From an uncultured Oligoflexia bacterium (GTDB taxonomy: Bacteria; Bdellovibrionota; UBA1018; CAZJVD01), in the NCBI GenBank assembly GCA_964549505.1, contig CAZJVD010000004.1:102545-166544 (forward strand): a stretch of 64,000 bases of DNA. The letters are read 5' to 3'. Shown here piece by piece: positions 1 to 10,672 of this stretch (the stretch's first letter is position 1; every line of letters starts with the position of its first letter). The notes below the pieces were generated by a model, which did not search any database, had not been told where the DNA came from, and worked only from the letters and a program-made list of their open reading frames with translations. Both the position numbers and the translations under genes were made by a program.

Positions 1-382
1 GTCGACGAAAAATCCAGGCACTCGAGACAACCCCTGCCGATTCGAGCTGGTGCGAGATAGCCACGGGCGTGCTCCCGCGTGCGATTTCGAAAACACGTGA
101 AACACTGGGGTTTCTCGCGGGATCCCTTGAGAGACTTCGGTAGGCAACGGTCGTCGTGCCCCAAAAAGCAAGGGCAGCGGTGGCGGCCAGAAGGCCAAGA
201 AGCGTGAGTTTCCGCGAGGTGATCGGCACGTTTCAATTATAACCCCCAAGGGTCCGTCTCAATCTGTACTTTTTTCTTTGACTCCAGTGCTGCTGTTTGT
301 TAGCCAAAGATTTGTCAACGAACAATTCAATCCGCATCGATCACCATCGATCTAGTGAACGAACCCATTAAAAGGAAATCCT

Positions 383-1630
<1,248 letters not shown>

Positions 1631-1665
1631 GCTCCTGCGGCCGAAGTCTGCCGGAGTCTAGTCTA

Positions 1666-1695
1666 TTGACGAAGCGAGCCGCTTGGTGCTAAATA
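1666..1695 (+). promoter_or_regulatory. Putative sigma70-type promoter for rpmE
   Basis: TTGACG (1666-1671), an 18-nt spacer and TAAATA (1690-1695), placed about 28 nt upstream of the rpmE ATG. Confidence 0.35.
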
Positions 1696-1722
1696 CCGAG
1701 AACTTAAGACAGCGGAATTATT

Positions 1723-1926
1723 ATGAGAGACGCCTTTCATCCAGCATTTACGGAAACCACGATCACCTGCGCTTGCGGGAACGTGATCAAAACGCGTTCG
1801 ACGAGGGCTGATATCCACGTCGAAATCTGTTCGAGCTGCCATCCGTTCTTTACGGGTAAGCAAAAGCTTCTTGATACCGAAGGACGCGTGGAGCGGTTCC
1901 TCAACAAATACAAAAAGAAGAAGTAG
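1723..1926 (+). CDS. rpmE: 50S ribosomal protein L31
   Basis: 67 aa. CxxC...CxxC zinc ribbon 'CACGN...[13 protein letters not shown]' and a Lys-rich C-terminus, a typical L31 layout. Confidence 0.9.
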   Translation: MRDAFHPAFTETTITCACGNVIKTRSTRADIHVEICSSCHPFFTGKQKLLDTEGRVERFLNKYKKKK

Positions 1927-1932
1927 GTCCAT

Positions 1933-2835
1933 GTGGGCCCAACCCGTCAGGATTTGACCCTCGCGGGACAGGGGATTTTTCGGGGCGCTTTTGTGCTCTC
2001 GCCTAAATTTGTCGTGATGGCGTTACGGAAACCGGATCAGACCATTCTTGTGCGTTCGCGGAGGCGGCGCTTCGAGGAGTGGGATCGCAGGTTGGGCGCC
2101 GTTCCCGTTCTTCGCAAGGCGGTTTGCCTTCTCGAATGGCTTTATGAATCCTTGGATCATTGGACCGTGAGTGTGCAGTGGCGACTGCGCGGGGAAAGCC
2201 ATGAGGCGCTCGCGAAGCGTTTAGCTGGCGGATGGGGTCTTGTGGTCGCACTGGGTTTCGGAATGGCGATCGCCATGGTGGCGTTTTCTCCAGCGTTACT
2301 CGGTGATGGACTTGCTCGGGCTCTCGCGTTTTTAGGATTGTTCTGGGTTTTGAAATGGCTTCCTGGAACCGATGGACTTTTTCGGATGCAAGGTGCAGTT
2401 CATCGCGCGCTCTCGGCGTCGCGATCGGGAAAAATTGAACCGGAACGTCTTGCAGAGGCCTCAGCGGCCTTTCAACCATGTCCTTTTCTTGCGTTTGTTC
2501 TCGGGGGTTTTGCTTTGTTTGCGGTTGCGAGTGGCGTGTCGTTTTATGGCATTCGTGGTGAGGGCGTTAGCGGCGTTTTGTTTCGCCTTGTTCTTGTGTT
2601 GGTGGTGTTCAGCTTGGTCAGTGAGGTTCTTGATCGGTTTCCAAAACTTTTTGCAGGGTTACAGAAGGCACTTTGGGGAACGGCTTCGATCGAAGAGCTC
2701 GAAGTGGCAGGCGCGGCAGTGAAAGAGATGCTTCGCCTCGAGGCGGGTGCATCGGTCGTCGACAAACTAGGGCGTTCAAAGTTCATGGAGCACGAGATGG
2801 TCGTACGATCGATTCGGGAGATTCCGGATGTTTGA
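1933..2835 (+). CDS. Hypothetical integral membrane protein
   Basis: 300-aa ORF with a GTG start and several long hydrophobic segments. It fills the rpmE-prfA gap on the same strand. No motif recognised. Confidence 0.4.
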   Translation: MGPTRQDLTLAGQGIFRGAFVLSPKFVVMALRKPDQTILVRSRRRRFEEWDRRLGAVPVLRKAVCLLEWLYESLDHWTVSVQWRLRGESHEALAKRLAGGWGLVVALGFGMAIAMVAFSPALLGDGLARALAFLGLFWVLKWLPGTDGLFRMQGAVHRALSASRSGKIEPERLAEASAAFQPCPFLAFVLGGFALFAVASGVSFYGIRGEGVSGVLFRLVLVLVVFSLVSEVLDRFPKLFAGLQKALWGTASIEELEVAGAAVKEMLRLEAGASVVDKLGRSKFMEHEMVVRSIREIPDV

Positions 2836-3901
2836 TCGCCTGGAGTCCGTTGAACGTCGCTACGAAGAACTCGAGAGTCGTCTCGGAGATCCTGATCTTG
2901 GATCCAATCCGGCTGAGTTCCAAAGGCTGTCGCGCGAGTACGCCAGTCTTCGCGATCTGATTGCGACGTTTCGTCGTTACAAGAAACTCAGGCAGGAGAT
3001 TCGTGAGAACCAGGAGATCTTGCGTGGCGCGGACCGAGATATGTCGGGTCTTGCGAAAGAGGAGCTTAAGACGCTCGAACCCGAACTGACTGCGTGCGAA
3101 CATTCTCTTAAGATCTTGCTGCTCCCAAAGGATCCCAACGACGATAAGAACGTCATCTTAGAAGTGCGTGCGGGCGCTGGTGGCGAGGAAGCCGCACTTT
3201 TTGTGGCTGAACTCTTTCGTGCCTATCAAAAGTTTGGAGCAGAGCTCGGGTGGCGTGTCGAAGTTTTGTCCGCTAATCCAACGGGTCTTGGCGGTCTCAA
3301 AGAGATCATCGCGTCGATTGAGGGGCAACGAGTGTACAGCCGCCTCAAGTGGGAAGGCGGCGTTCATCGTGTCCAGCGTGTGCCCGAAACCGAAGCACAA
3401 GGTCGCGTTCATACCTCGACGGTCACCGTGGCAGCACTGCCCGAGGCCGAGGAGGTCGACGTGAAAATCGATCCGGCCGATCTTCGAATCGATGTATACC
3501 GAGCCGGCGGTCATGGCGGTCAAGGCGTCAACACCACGGACTCCGCGGTGCGTATCACGCACAATCCTTCTGGACTGGTTGTGGTCTGTCAGGACGAACG
3601 ATCGCAGCTCAAGAACAAGATGAAAGCGATGAAGATTCTGCGTTCGCGACTCCTCGATCTGGAAACGGAACGTGCCGCAACGGAGCATTCCGAAAAGCGA
3701 CGGACGATGGTGGGTACGGGCGACCGGAGTGAGCGCATTCGAACGTATAACTTTCCGCAAGGACGCGTGACCGATCACCGTATCGGCCTCACCCTCTACG
3801 ACTTGCCCGCTGTGATGGAAGGCAAGATGACCGAGATCTCCGAGAAACTCGAAGCCCACTTTCAGGTCGAGGCGCTCAGGCAGCAGGGTTACGTCGTATG
3901 A
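2828..3901 (+). CDS. prfA: Peptide chain release factor 1
   Basis: GGQ motif 'AGGHGGQGVNTT' and an RF1-type tripeptide region 'RVQRVPETE'. Its stop overlaps the prmC start. Confidence 0.92.
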   Translation: MFDRLESVERRYEELESRLGDPDLGSNPAEFQRLSREYASLRDLIATFRRYKKLRQEIRENQEILRGADRDMSGLAKEELKTLEPELTACEHSLKILLLPKDPNDDKNVILEVRAGAGGEEAALFVAELFRAYQKFGAELGWRVEVLSANPTGLGGLKEIIASIEGQRVYSRLKWEGGVHRVQRVPETEAQGRVHTSTVTVAALPEAEEVDVKIDPADLRIDVYRAGGHGGQGVNTTDSAVRITHNPSGLVVVCQDERSQLKNKMKAMKILRSRLLDLETERAATEHSEKRRTMVGTGDRSERIRTYNFPQGRVTDHRIGLTLYDLPAVMEGKMTEISEKLEAHFQVEALRQQGYVV

Positions 3902-4824
3902 TGTCGCGTCTCGAGCTTGAGAGAGCTGTCAAGGATCTGTTGCGTGGCCGGCTGCTTGCGGGGCGCGATCTTTCGGAGCAGGAGCCTTTTCTTATTATCG
4001 AGCAAGGCTATCGTTTAGCAAAACTGCCGCGTCCATCGCGACTCGAGTGGGTCACGAGTCCGACTTCGGAGGTTCCCGCTGCGGTTTCTGAGCGAGCGCT
4101 GGGGCTTGCTGAGAAGCGCGCGGAAGGCGCGTTGTTACAGTATCTGTTAGGGCGAACGGAGTTTGCGGGTCTCGAACTTGCGGTCGGGCCGGGAGTCCTC
4201 GTGCCCCGTCCGGAGACCGAGTTCTGCGTGGATCAAGCGGTCGCTGATTTGCGGTCCAAGTTTGAGAAAAGCGTGCGACGGAGTCCCGTCGGACTTGAGA
4301 TTGGTTTGGGATCCGGAGCCATCAGCTTGGCGCTGCTGAAAACGTTCTCGGAGCTGCGGATGACAGCAACCGAATGGTCCGTGGAAGCGCGGGCCTGGGC
4401 CGAGATCAACGCGCGAGCGACGGGCTTAGAGGAACGATTGACGATTGTGAGTACAGGTCATGCTCGCGACGTGTTCGAAAGTATCGAGCGCCGTGAAAGT
4501 CCCGCGTTTGACTTCTTAATCGCAAACCCTCCCTATCTGTCGGTTGGCGATCAAATCGACGAATCCGTTCTCGTGCACGAACCGCATGCCGCCCTTTTTC
4601 CGCCTTCAGAGCCTCTCTTCTTTTATCAAGTCATCGCATCGCAGGCGGGTCGCATGCTTCGCCCGGGAGCGCCGATTTACCTCGAGATTCCACACGAGCG
4701 CGCCGCTGAAGTGCGTGCGTTGTTTGAGAAAGAAGACTACATTGTTGCTGTGGAAAACGATTTGACAGGACGGCCACGTTTTTTAAGGGCTGGGCGTCAG
4801 GAGCACGGGCATGGATCGGTTTGA
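3898..4824 (+). CDS. prmC: Release factor glutamine N5-methyltransferase (HemK/PrmC)
   Basis: NPPY motif 'FLIANPPYLS' and a SAM-binding 'GLGSGAISLAL'. Conserved prfA-prmC gene order. Confidence 0.88.
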   Translation: MMSRLELERAVKDLLRGRLLAGRDLSEQEPFLIIEQGYRLAKLPRPSRLEWVTSPTSEVPAAVSERALGLAEKRAEGALLQYLLGRTEFAGLELAVGPGVLVPRPETEFCVDQAVADLRSKFEKSVRRSPVGLEIGLGSGAISLALLKTFSELRMTATEWSVEARAWAEINARATGLEERLTIVSTGHARDVFESIERRESPAFDFLIANPPYLSVGDQIDESVLVHEPHAALFPPSEPLFFYQVIASQAGRMLRPGAPIYLEIPHERAAEVRALFEKEDYIVAVENDLTGRPRFLRAGRQEHGHGSV

Positions 4825-6088
4825 AATCGAAGGCGGTCGAAGGTTGTCAGGTTCTGTCGTGGCAGGTGGGTCAAAGAACTCGTCATTGCCTTGTCTCTTC
4901 GCAACCCTACTCTCCGAGAAGGAGTCCGTTGTTCGGCGTGTTCCGAATCTTCAAGACATCACCTCGACGGTGAGTTTGCTTCAGTCTTTGGGCTGCGATG
5001 TTTCGCGGGATCTCGAGCGTGGAGAGGTCCGGTCGAAACTCGTGTCTCTGAAAACAGACGAAGCTCCCTATGATCTTGTTCGAAAGATGCGCGCGAGTGT
5101 TCTTGTGTTGGGACCGCTGCTTGCGCGGTTTGGTCGCGCGCGCGTGAGTATGCCCGGTGGGTGCGCGATTGGTGCACGGCCAGTCGATTTTCATCTGGCG
5201 GGACTGAAGCAGATGGGTGCCCAGATCACGATTCAGGAAGGCTTTATCGAAGCGCGTTGTCAGAAGCTTCAGGGCGCTCGCATCGGTCTTGAGTTTCCAA
5301 GTGTCGGTGCTACGGAAAACTTGATGATGGCCGCTACACTTGCTTCGGGAGAAACACTTCTCGAGAACTGTGCGCAAGAGCCCGAGATCGTGTGTCTCGC
5401 GAATGCTTTGCGTTCGATGGGCGCTGTGATCGAAGGAGCTGGTACGCCGGTGATTCGGGTTCAAGGAGCCGCATCGGGAAGTCTCGGTGGCATCGAACAC
5501 GCTGTGGTCGGAGATCGCATCGAAGCAGGAACCTTTCTCGCCGCTGGTTTTGCAACGGGGGGCGATGTCGAGGTGAAAGGGATTCATCCCGAGATGCTCG
5601 AGGCCGTTCTTTTGGTTTTTGAAGCTGCCGGTGCAAAAGTTCATCGAGGTACCGTGAGCGCAGGTGATGGCGTTCGCGTTCAGGCTCAAGGGCGTTCGCG
5701 TGCCGTTCACTTCCGTACGTTGCCGTTTCCAGGATTTCCGACCGATATGCAGGCCCAGCTCATGGCTGTTCTCACGCTAGCGAGTGGGACGAGCGTGATT
5801 GAGGAAACTGTTTTTGAAAATCGTTTCATGCACGTTCCGGAACTCACTCGAATGGGAGCGCAGGTCGTGATCAAGGGTAACGCTGCTTTGGTCGAAGGTG
5901 TGGGCGAGTTGCGAGCCGCCCCTGTCATGGCGACCGATCTACGGGCCAGTGCGGGTCTTGTGATTGCAGCGTTGGCGGCGCACGGGACTTCTGTGATCAA
6001 TCGTATCTACCATCTGGACCGGGGCTACGAGTGCATGGAGGAGAAACTTCGGGCGCTTGGCGCCGATGTTAAGCGGGTCTCGGCTTAG
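4811..6088 (+). CDS. murA: UDP-N-acetylglucosamine 1-carboxyvinyltransferase
   Basis: 425 aa. N-terminus 'FEIEGGRRLSGSVVAGGSKNSSLP' is characteristic of MurA/EPT-family enzymes. Confidence 0.9.
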   Translation: MDRFEIEGGRRLSGSVVAGGSKNSSLPCLFATLLSEKESVVRRVPNLQDITSTVSLLQSLGCDVSRDLERGEVRSKLVSLKTDEAPYDLVRKMRASVLVLGPLLARFGRARVSMPGGCAIGARPVDFHLAGLKQMGAQITIQEGFIEARCQKLQGARIGLEFPSVGATENLMMAATLASGETLLENCAQEPEIVCLANALRSMGAVIEGAGTPVIRVQGAASGSLGGIEHAVVGDRIEAGTFLAAGFATGGDVEVKGIHPEMLEAVLLVFEAAGAKVHRGTVSAGDGVRVQAQGRSRAVHFRTLPFPGFPTDMQAQLMAVLTLASGTSVIEETVFENRFMHVPELTRMGAQVVIKGNAALVEGVGELRAAPVMATDLRASAGLVIAALAAHGTSVINRIYHLDRGYECMEEKLRALGADVKRVSA

Positions 6089-6101
6089 GGCGTGTCCGGC
6101 T

Positions 6102-6476
6102 TTAGCCAGCGTCCCCATCGATGATACCGCCCTTTTTCCGGCGAGCGAGCTGACGTTTGTTTTCATTGCTCTCGCGGTAACGGCGGAGCCCCTGACGCGC
6201 GGACGTCTCTTTACCCGATCCAAGATTCTCTAAGATTTTGATGAAAGACGTAGAAACACTGGCTGGCGGGGGTGTCTTTCCGTCTGCTTCGGCGACAGCT
6301 TGGTCGGCTGTCCCCTCATGATCTTGGGCCTCTTTTGGGGTGTCTTTTTTCGGGGCGTGGTGCTGCTGCGACGGCACCGGATCGTGCGGGCTATCGCGGT
6401 CGGTGCGAGCCGTCTGACGGGGTTCCGTGAGCGGCTTAACGAATTTTCGTAGAGCTTGGGCGACGCGAGAGAACAC
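6102..6476 (-). CDS. Hypothetical small basic/low-complexity protein
   Basis: 124-aa ORF in the murA-downstream gap, charged and low-complexity. It could be a spurious ORF. Confidence 0.2.
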   Translation of the reverse strand: MFSRVAQALRKFVKPLTEPRQTARTDRDSPHDPVPSQQHHAPKKDTPKEAQDHEGTADQAVAEADGKTPPPASVSTSFIKILENLGSGKETSARQGLRRYRESNENKRQLARRKKGGIIDGDAG

Positions 6477-6517
6477 AGGTCACGACCTTTCCGATCAAAG
6501 CTTGCCGAGAGGCTATA

Positions 6518-7858
6518 ATGCGCCCAGCTGTATTATCGGCAGGTACCTGTGAAAACTTGAGAAAAAAAATCGTAGATGTTACTAATGGAATTTTAATGGA
6601 CAGCTCTAAGGATATCTTTTCAAAAGCATTCACCTATTCGGCTGCCAATGAGGTCAAGAAGTCGGGTTTGTATCCGTTTTTCCGTGTGATCCAGTCGACA
6701 TCTGGGTCATCCGTGGTTTCGGGGGGCAGTCACCGGGTCATGATCGGGTCGAATAACTATCTCGGCTTTACGCATCACCCTCGTGTGATCGAAGCAGCCC
6801 GGGATGCCATTGTTCGCTTTGGTAGCGGATGCACCGGCTCGCGTTTTCTGAACGGCAATCTTGAGCTCCATGAGCAGCTCGAGGCGGAGTTTGTTAGGTT
6901 TTTAGGTAAGCCAGCCGCCCTTGTGTTGACGACGGGGTTTCTCACCAATCTGAGTGTGATCTCGGCCATCAGCGGTCGCAAGGACGTGATCTATAGCGAT
7001 CGCGAGAACCATGCGTCCATTATGTGTGCGCAGCAGATGGCAATCTGCGAGACCATTAAGTTCAAGCATAACGATCCTGCTGATCTCGAGCGTGTTCTTG
7101 AAATGACACGGTCCAAGTACGAAGGTGCCATGATTGTGGCGGACGGTGTTTTCTCGATGTCCGGTGATATTTTTCGTCTCGACCAGGTCGCTAGGATTGC
7201 AAAAAAGTATGGGTGCCGAGTCTACGTCGACGACGCACACGGCATGGGTGTCATGGGACCCCAAGGTCAGGGTACGGCTCACCACTTCGGCATTCAGGAC
7301 GATGTCGATCTCATCATGGGGACATTCTCGAAGTCCTTTGCCAGCTTAGGTGGAGTGGTCGCCGGTGACGAAACCGTGATCGATTTCATCCGTCACAATG
7401 CTCGCCCGTTTATTTTCAGTGCTTCGATTCCGCCATCCGCCGCAGCGACGGTCCTCGAATGTCTCAGGATTTTGCGTGAAGAACCGCAGCATCTCGAGAA
7501 CCTTCGTCGTAACGCGCTTAAAATGTCGGAAGGGTTTCGTTCAATCGGTTTCAACACACTCGGCAGTCAGACGCCGATCATTCCGATCTTAATCGGTGAT
7601 GATTTGGATGCGTTTAAGTTTGCAGCCGCACTTTATGAAAACGGTGTGTTTGCGACTCCGGTCGTTTCGCCCGCCGTGCCGAAGGGCTGTGCGCTGATTC
7701 GCACCAGTTATATGGCCAGCCATCGTGATGAGGATCTCAATTATGTTCTCGAAGTTTTCGAGAAGTTGGGTCAGCAGTTCGGTATTACCGGAAACGCTGG
7801 TCGGCAGGCTGAGTTGAACGAGCTTGCTTCTCATCATTTTGGAATTCAAACCGTTTAG
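6518..7858 (+). CDS. PLP-dependent alpha-oxoamine synthase family enzyme (BioF/Kbl/serine palmitoyltransferase-like)
   Basis: Class-II aminotransferase fold of the 8-amino-7-oxononanoate synthase/SPT type: 'SNNYLGF', 'DDAHGMGVMG' and 'GTFSKSF' (the PLP-lysine region). The true start may be the internal Met at 6596. Confidence 0.8.
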   Translation: MRPAVLSAGTCENLRKKIVDVTNGILMDSSKDIFSKAFTYSAANEVKKSGLYPFFRVIQSTSGSSVVSGGSHRVMIGSNNYLGFTHHPRVIEAARDAIVRFGSGCTGSRFLNGNLELHEQLEAEFVRFLGKPAALVLTTGFLTNLSVISAISGRKDVIYSDRENHASIMCAQQMAICETIKFKHNDPADLERVLEMTRSKYEGAMIVADGVFSMSGDIFRLDQVARIAKKYGCRVYVDDAHGMGVMGPQGQGTAHHFGIQDDVDLIMGTFSKSFASLGGVVAGDETVIDFIRHNARPFIFSASIPPSAAATVLECLRILREEPQHLENLRRNALKMSEGFRSIGFNTLGSQTPIIPILIGDDLDAFKFAAALYENGVFATPVVSPAVPKGCALIRTSYMASHRDEDLNYVLEVFEKLGQQFGITGNAGRQAELNELASHHFGIQTV

Positions 7859-7870
7859 CGTGGGGTCTTT

Positions 7871-7914
7871 GTAGTTTCCGGGTAGTTTCCGGGTAGTTTC
7901 CGAGTAGTTTCAGG
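7871..7914. repeat. 4 x 11-bp tandem repeat (GTAGTTTCCGG consensus) immediately upstream of a CDS start
   Basis: Units at 7871-7881, 7882-7892, 7893-7903 and 7904-7914. The last unit degenerates into the AGGAG Shine-Dalgarno sequence 6 nt before the ATG at 7922. Confidence 0.9.
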
Positions 7915-7921
7915 AGTTCTT

Positions 7922-9052
7922 ATGATCGAAGTTCGTCCCGTCCGGTCCAAGCGCGATTGGAAAACCTTTGTAGACCTCGCGTGGAAATTCAATCAGAACG
8001 ACCCACACTGGGTTCCCCCTCTTCGCATCGCTGTTCATGAAATTCTTGATGTTGAGAAGAATCCTTTTTTTAAACATGCCTACATGAATCCGCTGATCGC
8101 CTATGAGAATGGCAATCCGGTGGGACGCATGGTGGGTGTGATCGATGAAAATCACAATCGCGCCTACTCCGAGCACACCGGTTTTTTTGGATTTTTTGAA
8201 TCCGACAACCGTACCGATGTTGCGGCGGCTCTGTTTCGCGAGACGGAGACCTGGCTCAAAGGTCTTGGCATGAACAAGATTCGTGGTCCCATGAATCCCA
8301 GCACGAACGCCGACTTTGGTCTTCTCATTGATGGGTTCGACGTCGATCCGACCATCATGACCACGCACAATCCACGCTACTATGCTGATCTGGTGGAAAA
8401 AAACGGTCTCGCGAAGGTGATGGATCTCTATGCTTACGCGCTTACGCACAGCTTGAAAGTACCTGAGAAAGTGCTTCGCCATTTCGAGCGACTCAAACAG
8501 AGCGCCAAGATCCACGTTCGAACGATCAACACGGCTGACTTTGATAACGAAGTGGGCCGCATCATGGACGTCTACAACGACGCCTGGCAGGACAACTGGG
8601 GTTTTGTCCAAATGGATCCGCTGGAGATCAAGCAGCTCGTGAAAGAACTCAAGATGATCTATGACCCCCGCATGGTTCTCATGGTCGAAGTGGACGGAGA
8701 GCTCGCGGCTTTCGGGATTGGTTTGCCCGACGTCAATATCGCGATCAAAAAAGTTCCGAACGGAAAACTCTTTCCATTTGGTCTTCCAAAGCTACTCTGG
8801 AATCTCAAAGGTCCCGGCAAAAAGGCCATCAATCTTTTGCGCGTCTATGGTCTAGGCGTTCGCAAGAAATACGAAAAGCTCGGCATTGGTCCACTGCTGT
8901 ACCTCGAGTATTTCAAACGCGGATTGGCGGCGGGTTACGAGTTTGGTGAGGCTTCGTGGATTCTGGAGTCCAATGTTCCCATGCGCAAAGCGATGGAGCG
9001 TTTCGGCGCGCCTGCGCGGAAGATTTGGCGGATTTACGAGAAGGCACTTTGA
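7922..9052 (+). CDS. FemAB/GNAT-superfamily acyltransferase ('BioF2-like' Acetyltransf_6-type), putative N-acyltransferase
   Basis: 376 aa, a size and N-terminus ('MIEVRPVRSKRDWKTFVDLAWKF') typical of the BioF2-like acetyltransferase family, which is usually found next to BioF-like genes. This is recognition, not a computed domain hit. Confidence 0.45.
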   Translation: MIEVRPVRSKRDWKTFVDLAWKFNQNDPHWVPPLRIAVHEILDVEKNPFFKHAYMNPLIAYENGNPVGRMVGVIDENHNRAYSEHTGFFGFFESDNRTDVAAALFRETETWLKGLGMNKIRGPMNPSTNADFGLLIDGFDVDPTIMTTHNPRYYADLVEKNGLAKVMDLYAYALTHSLKVPEKVLRHFERLKQSAKIHVRTINTADFDNEVGRIMDVYNDAWQDNWGFVQMDPLEIKQLVKELKMIYDPRMVLMVEVDGELAAFGIGLPDVNIAIKKVPNGKLFPFGLPKLLWNLKGPGKKAINLLRVYGLGVRKKYEKLGIGPLLYLEYFKRGLAAGYEFGEASWILESNVPMRKAMERFGAPARKIWRIYEKAL

Positions 9053-9055
9053 ACC

Positions 9056-9316
9056 TTGAAGAAAGTCACCGTTTACACGATTGATCCATGTCCTTACTGT
9101 ACGCAGGCAAAAAGCTTGTTGCAGTCGAAGGGAGTCTCCTTTGAGGAGGTGCGTGTTCAGCGCGATGACGATGCCATGCGCGAAGCATTGCTCCGAAAGT
9201 CTGGCATGCGCACGTTTCCTCAGATTTTTTTCGGCGACGAACTTGTGGGCGGTTATGCCGAGTTGAAGCGTCTGGAAGACACGCATGGAATATTGAAAGC
9301 GCTTGGACGGTCATGA
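9056..9316 (+). CDS. Glutaredoxin (Grx3-like)
   Basis: CPYC active site 'DPCPYCTQAK', a 'TFPQIF' motif and a GG. TTG start. Confidence 0.85.
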   Translation: MKKVTVYTIDPCPYCTQAKSLLQSKGVSFEEVRVQRDDDAMREALLRKSGMRTFPQIFFGDELVGGYAELKRLEDTHGILKALGRS

Positions 9317-9348
9317 CACATTCTGTCCGCGCGTGATACACTGACGGC

Positions 9349-10038
9349 GTGATTGTTCTTGGAGTCGATCCTGGCTCACAGCGTACGGGCTATTCTCTGA
9401 TTCGTGTCAAAGCTGGAAAGTTTTCTCTCGTCGATAGTGGCGTGATTGATGTGCACACGCTCGCGATGGAGCGGCGCTTGGCTCGCATGCACGCTGTGCT
9501 CGAAGGTGTCATCGACGTGTACGCGCCGAGCCTTCTTGTGCTTGAGCGTATCTTTTTCGCAGAGAATGCGGTTTCGGCGCTCAAGCTCGGACAAGCGAGG
9601 GGAGTGGTGATGCTTCTGGCGGGACAGAAGAAACTCACACTCTTGGAGTTTGCACCCACCGAGGTCAAACACCTTGTGGCAGGGTATGGGCACGCCTCGA
9701 AGGAACAATTATTAAAAACATTGGAACTTCTTCTAGCGCTTGCACCTCAGCATCGAGAACGGCATTTTCCGACAGCTGACGCTTCGGATGCGACAGCGCT
9801 TGCGCTTCTGGGTGCGATACGAAAAGGCGCCCCACGACGCGGATCCATATCCGGTTTTCAGCCAGGTAAGCCTTCTCGACTCGGAGCGTGGCAAGCTCTA
9901 GCCGAGCGTCACTTAAAAGGGGACGTAAAAGCTGCCGTAGGCATCGAAGCGGGCGCGAATAAGCCGAGTCGAAAGAGGCCCAAGGTGCCAAAGATGCCAA
10001 AAGTATTTGACCGTCGCAAGACGCACGATCCAAGATAG
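9349..10038 (+). CDS. ruvC: Crossover junction endodeoxyribonuclease RuvC with a basic C-terminal extension
   Basis: 'IVLGVDPGSQRTGYSL' catalytic N-terminus (GTG start). It is followed by about 70 aa of Lys/Arg/Pro-rich tail that canonical RuvC lacks. Confidence 0.8.
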   Translation: MIVLGVDPGSQRTGYSLIRVKAGKFSLVDSGVIDVHTLAMERRLARMHAVLEGVIDVYAPSLLVLERIFFAENAVSALKLGQARGVVMLLAGQKKLTLLEFAPTEVKHLVAGYGHASKEQLLKTLELLLALAPQHRERHFPTADASDATALALLGAIRKGAPRRGSISGFQPGKPSRLGAWQALAERHLKGDVKAAVGIEAGANKPSRKRPKVPKMPKVFDRRKTHDPR

Positions 10039-10045
10039 AGGCGCC

Positions 10046-10672
10046 ATGATCGCATTTCTTCAGGGCAAATTGATCGAAGTATCTGAGAACCATCTCACCA
10101 TCGGAGTGGGTGACGCCGAGTCGTTAGTCGGTTATCGCGTGTCGGTTCCGGCCTCGTACGCATCGTCGGGTCGCCATGAGCGTGGAAACAAGGCGACATT
10201 TTACGTCTACACCCATGTGCGCGAAGATCAGCTCGACCTCTATGGTTTCGAGACGATTTCCGAGCGTGAACTCTTTGTTTCGCTGATGAAGTGTAACGGC
10301 GTGGGTCCCAAGGCAGCGCTTGCGATTTTGTCGGGTGCATCTGCCGATGTGATTGTGGACGCTGTTATCGAAGGCCGTGCAGCGGCGCTGACCGCCATTC
10401 CTGGTGTTGGTAAGAAAACCGCCGAGCGTCTGACTCTTGAGTTACGAGATGAGTTTATAAAAAAGCGTGACGCCGGGATCTTCTACGCTCCGGCCAGTAT
10501 TGCAGCGTCGAACGACCGATCGGCATTTCCTGTTTTCGAAGAAGCACGTCAGGCACTCACTTCTTTGGGGTTTAAGTCGGCCGATATTGAAGCCGTTCTA
10601 AAGAAGACAAAGACTTTTGATCGTGTCGAGAGCGTTGTTCGCAGTGCTCTCCGCGAGTTAGGTCCCTCATGA
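10046..10672 (+). CDS. ruvA: Holliday junction branch migration protein RuvA
   Basis: 'MIAFLQGKL' N-terminus and an HhH motif '[15 protein letters not shown]'. The start was trimmed to the internal Met. Confidence 0.88.
   Translation: MIAFLQGKLIEVSENHLTIGVGDAESLVGYRVSVPASYASSGRHERGNKATFYVYTHVREDQLDLYGFETISERELFVSLMKCNGVGPKAALAILSGASADVIVDAVIEGRAAALTAIPGVGKKTAERLTLELRDEFIKKRDAGIFYAPASIAASNDRSAFPVFEEARQALTSLGFKSADIEAVLKKTKTFDRVESVVRSALRELGPS

Noticed and set aside
4907-5710. 267-aa antisense ORF inside murA
   Set aside because: It is fully overlapped by the conserved murA frame. It is Arg/Ser-rich GC-shadow translation.
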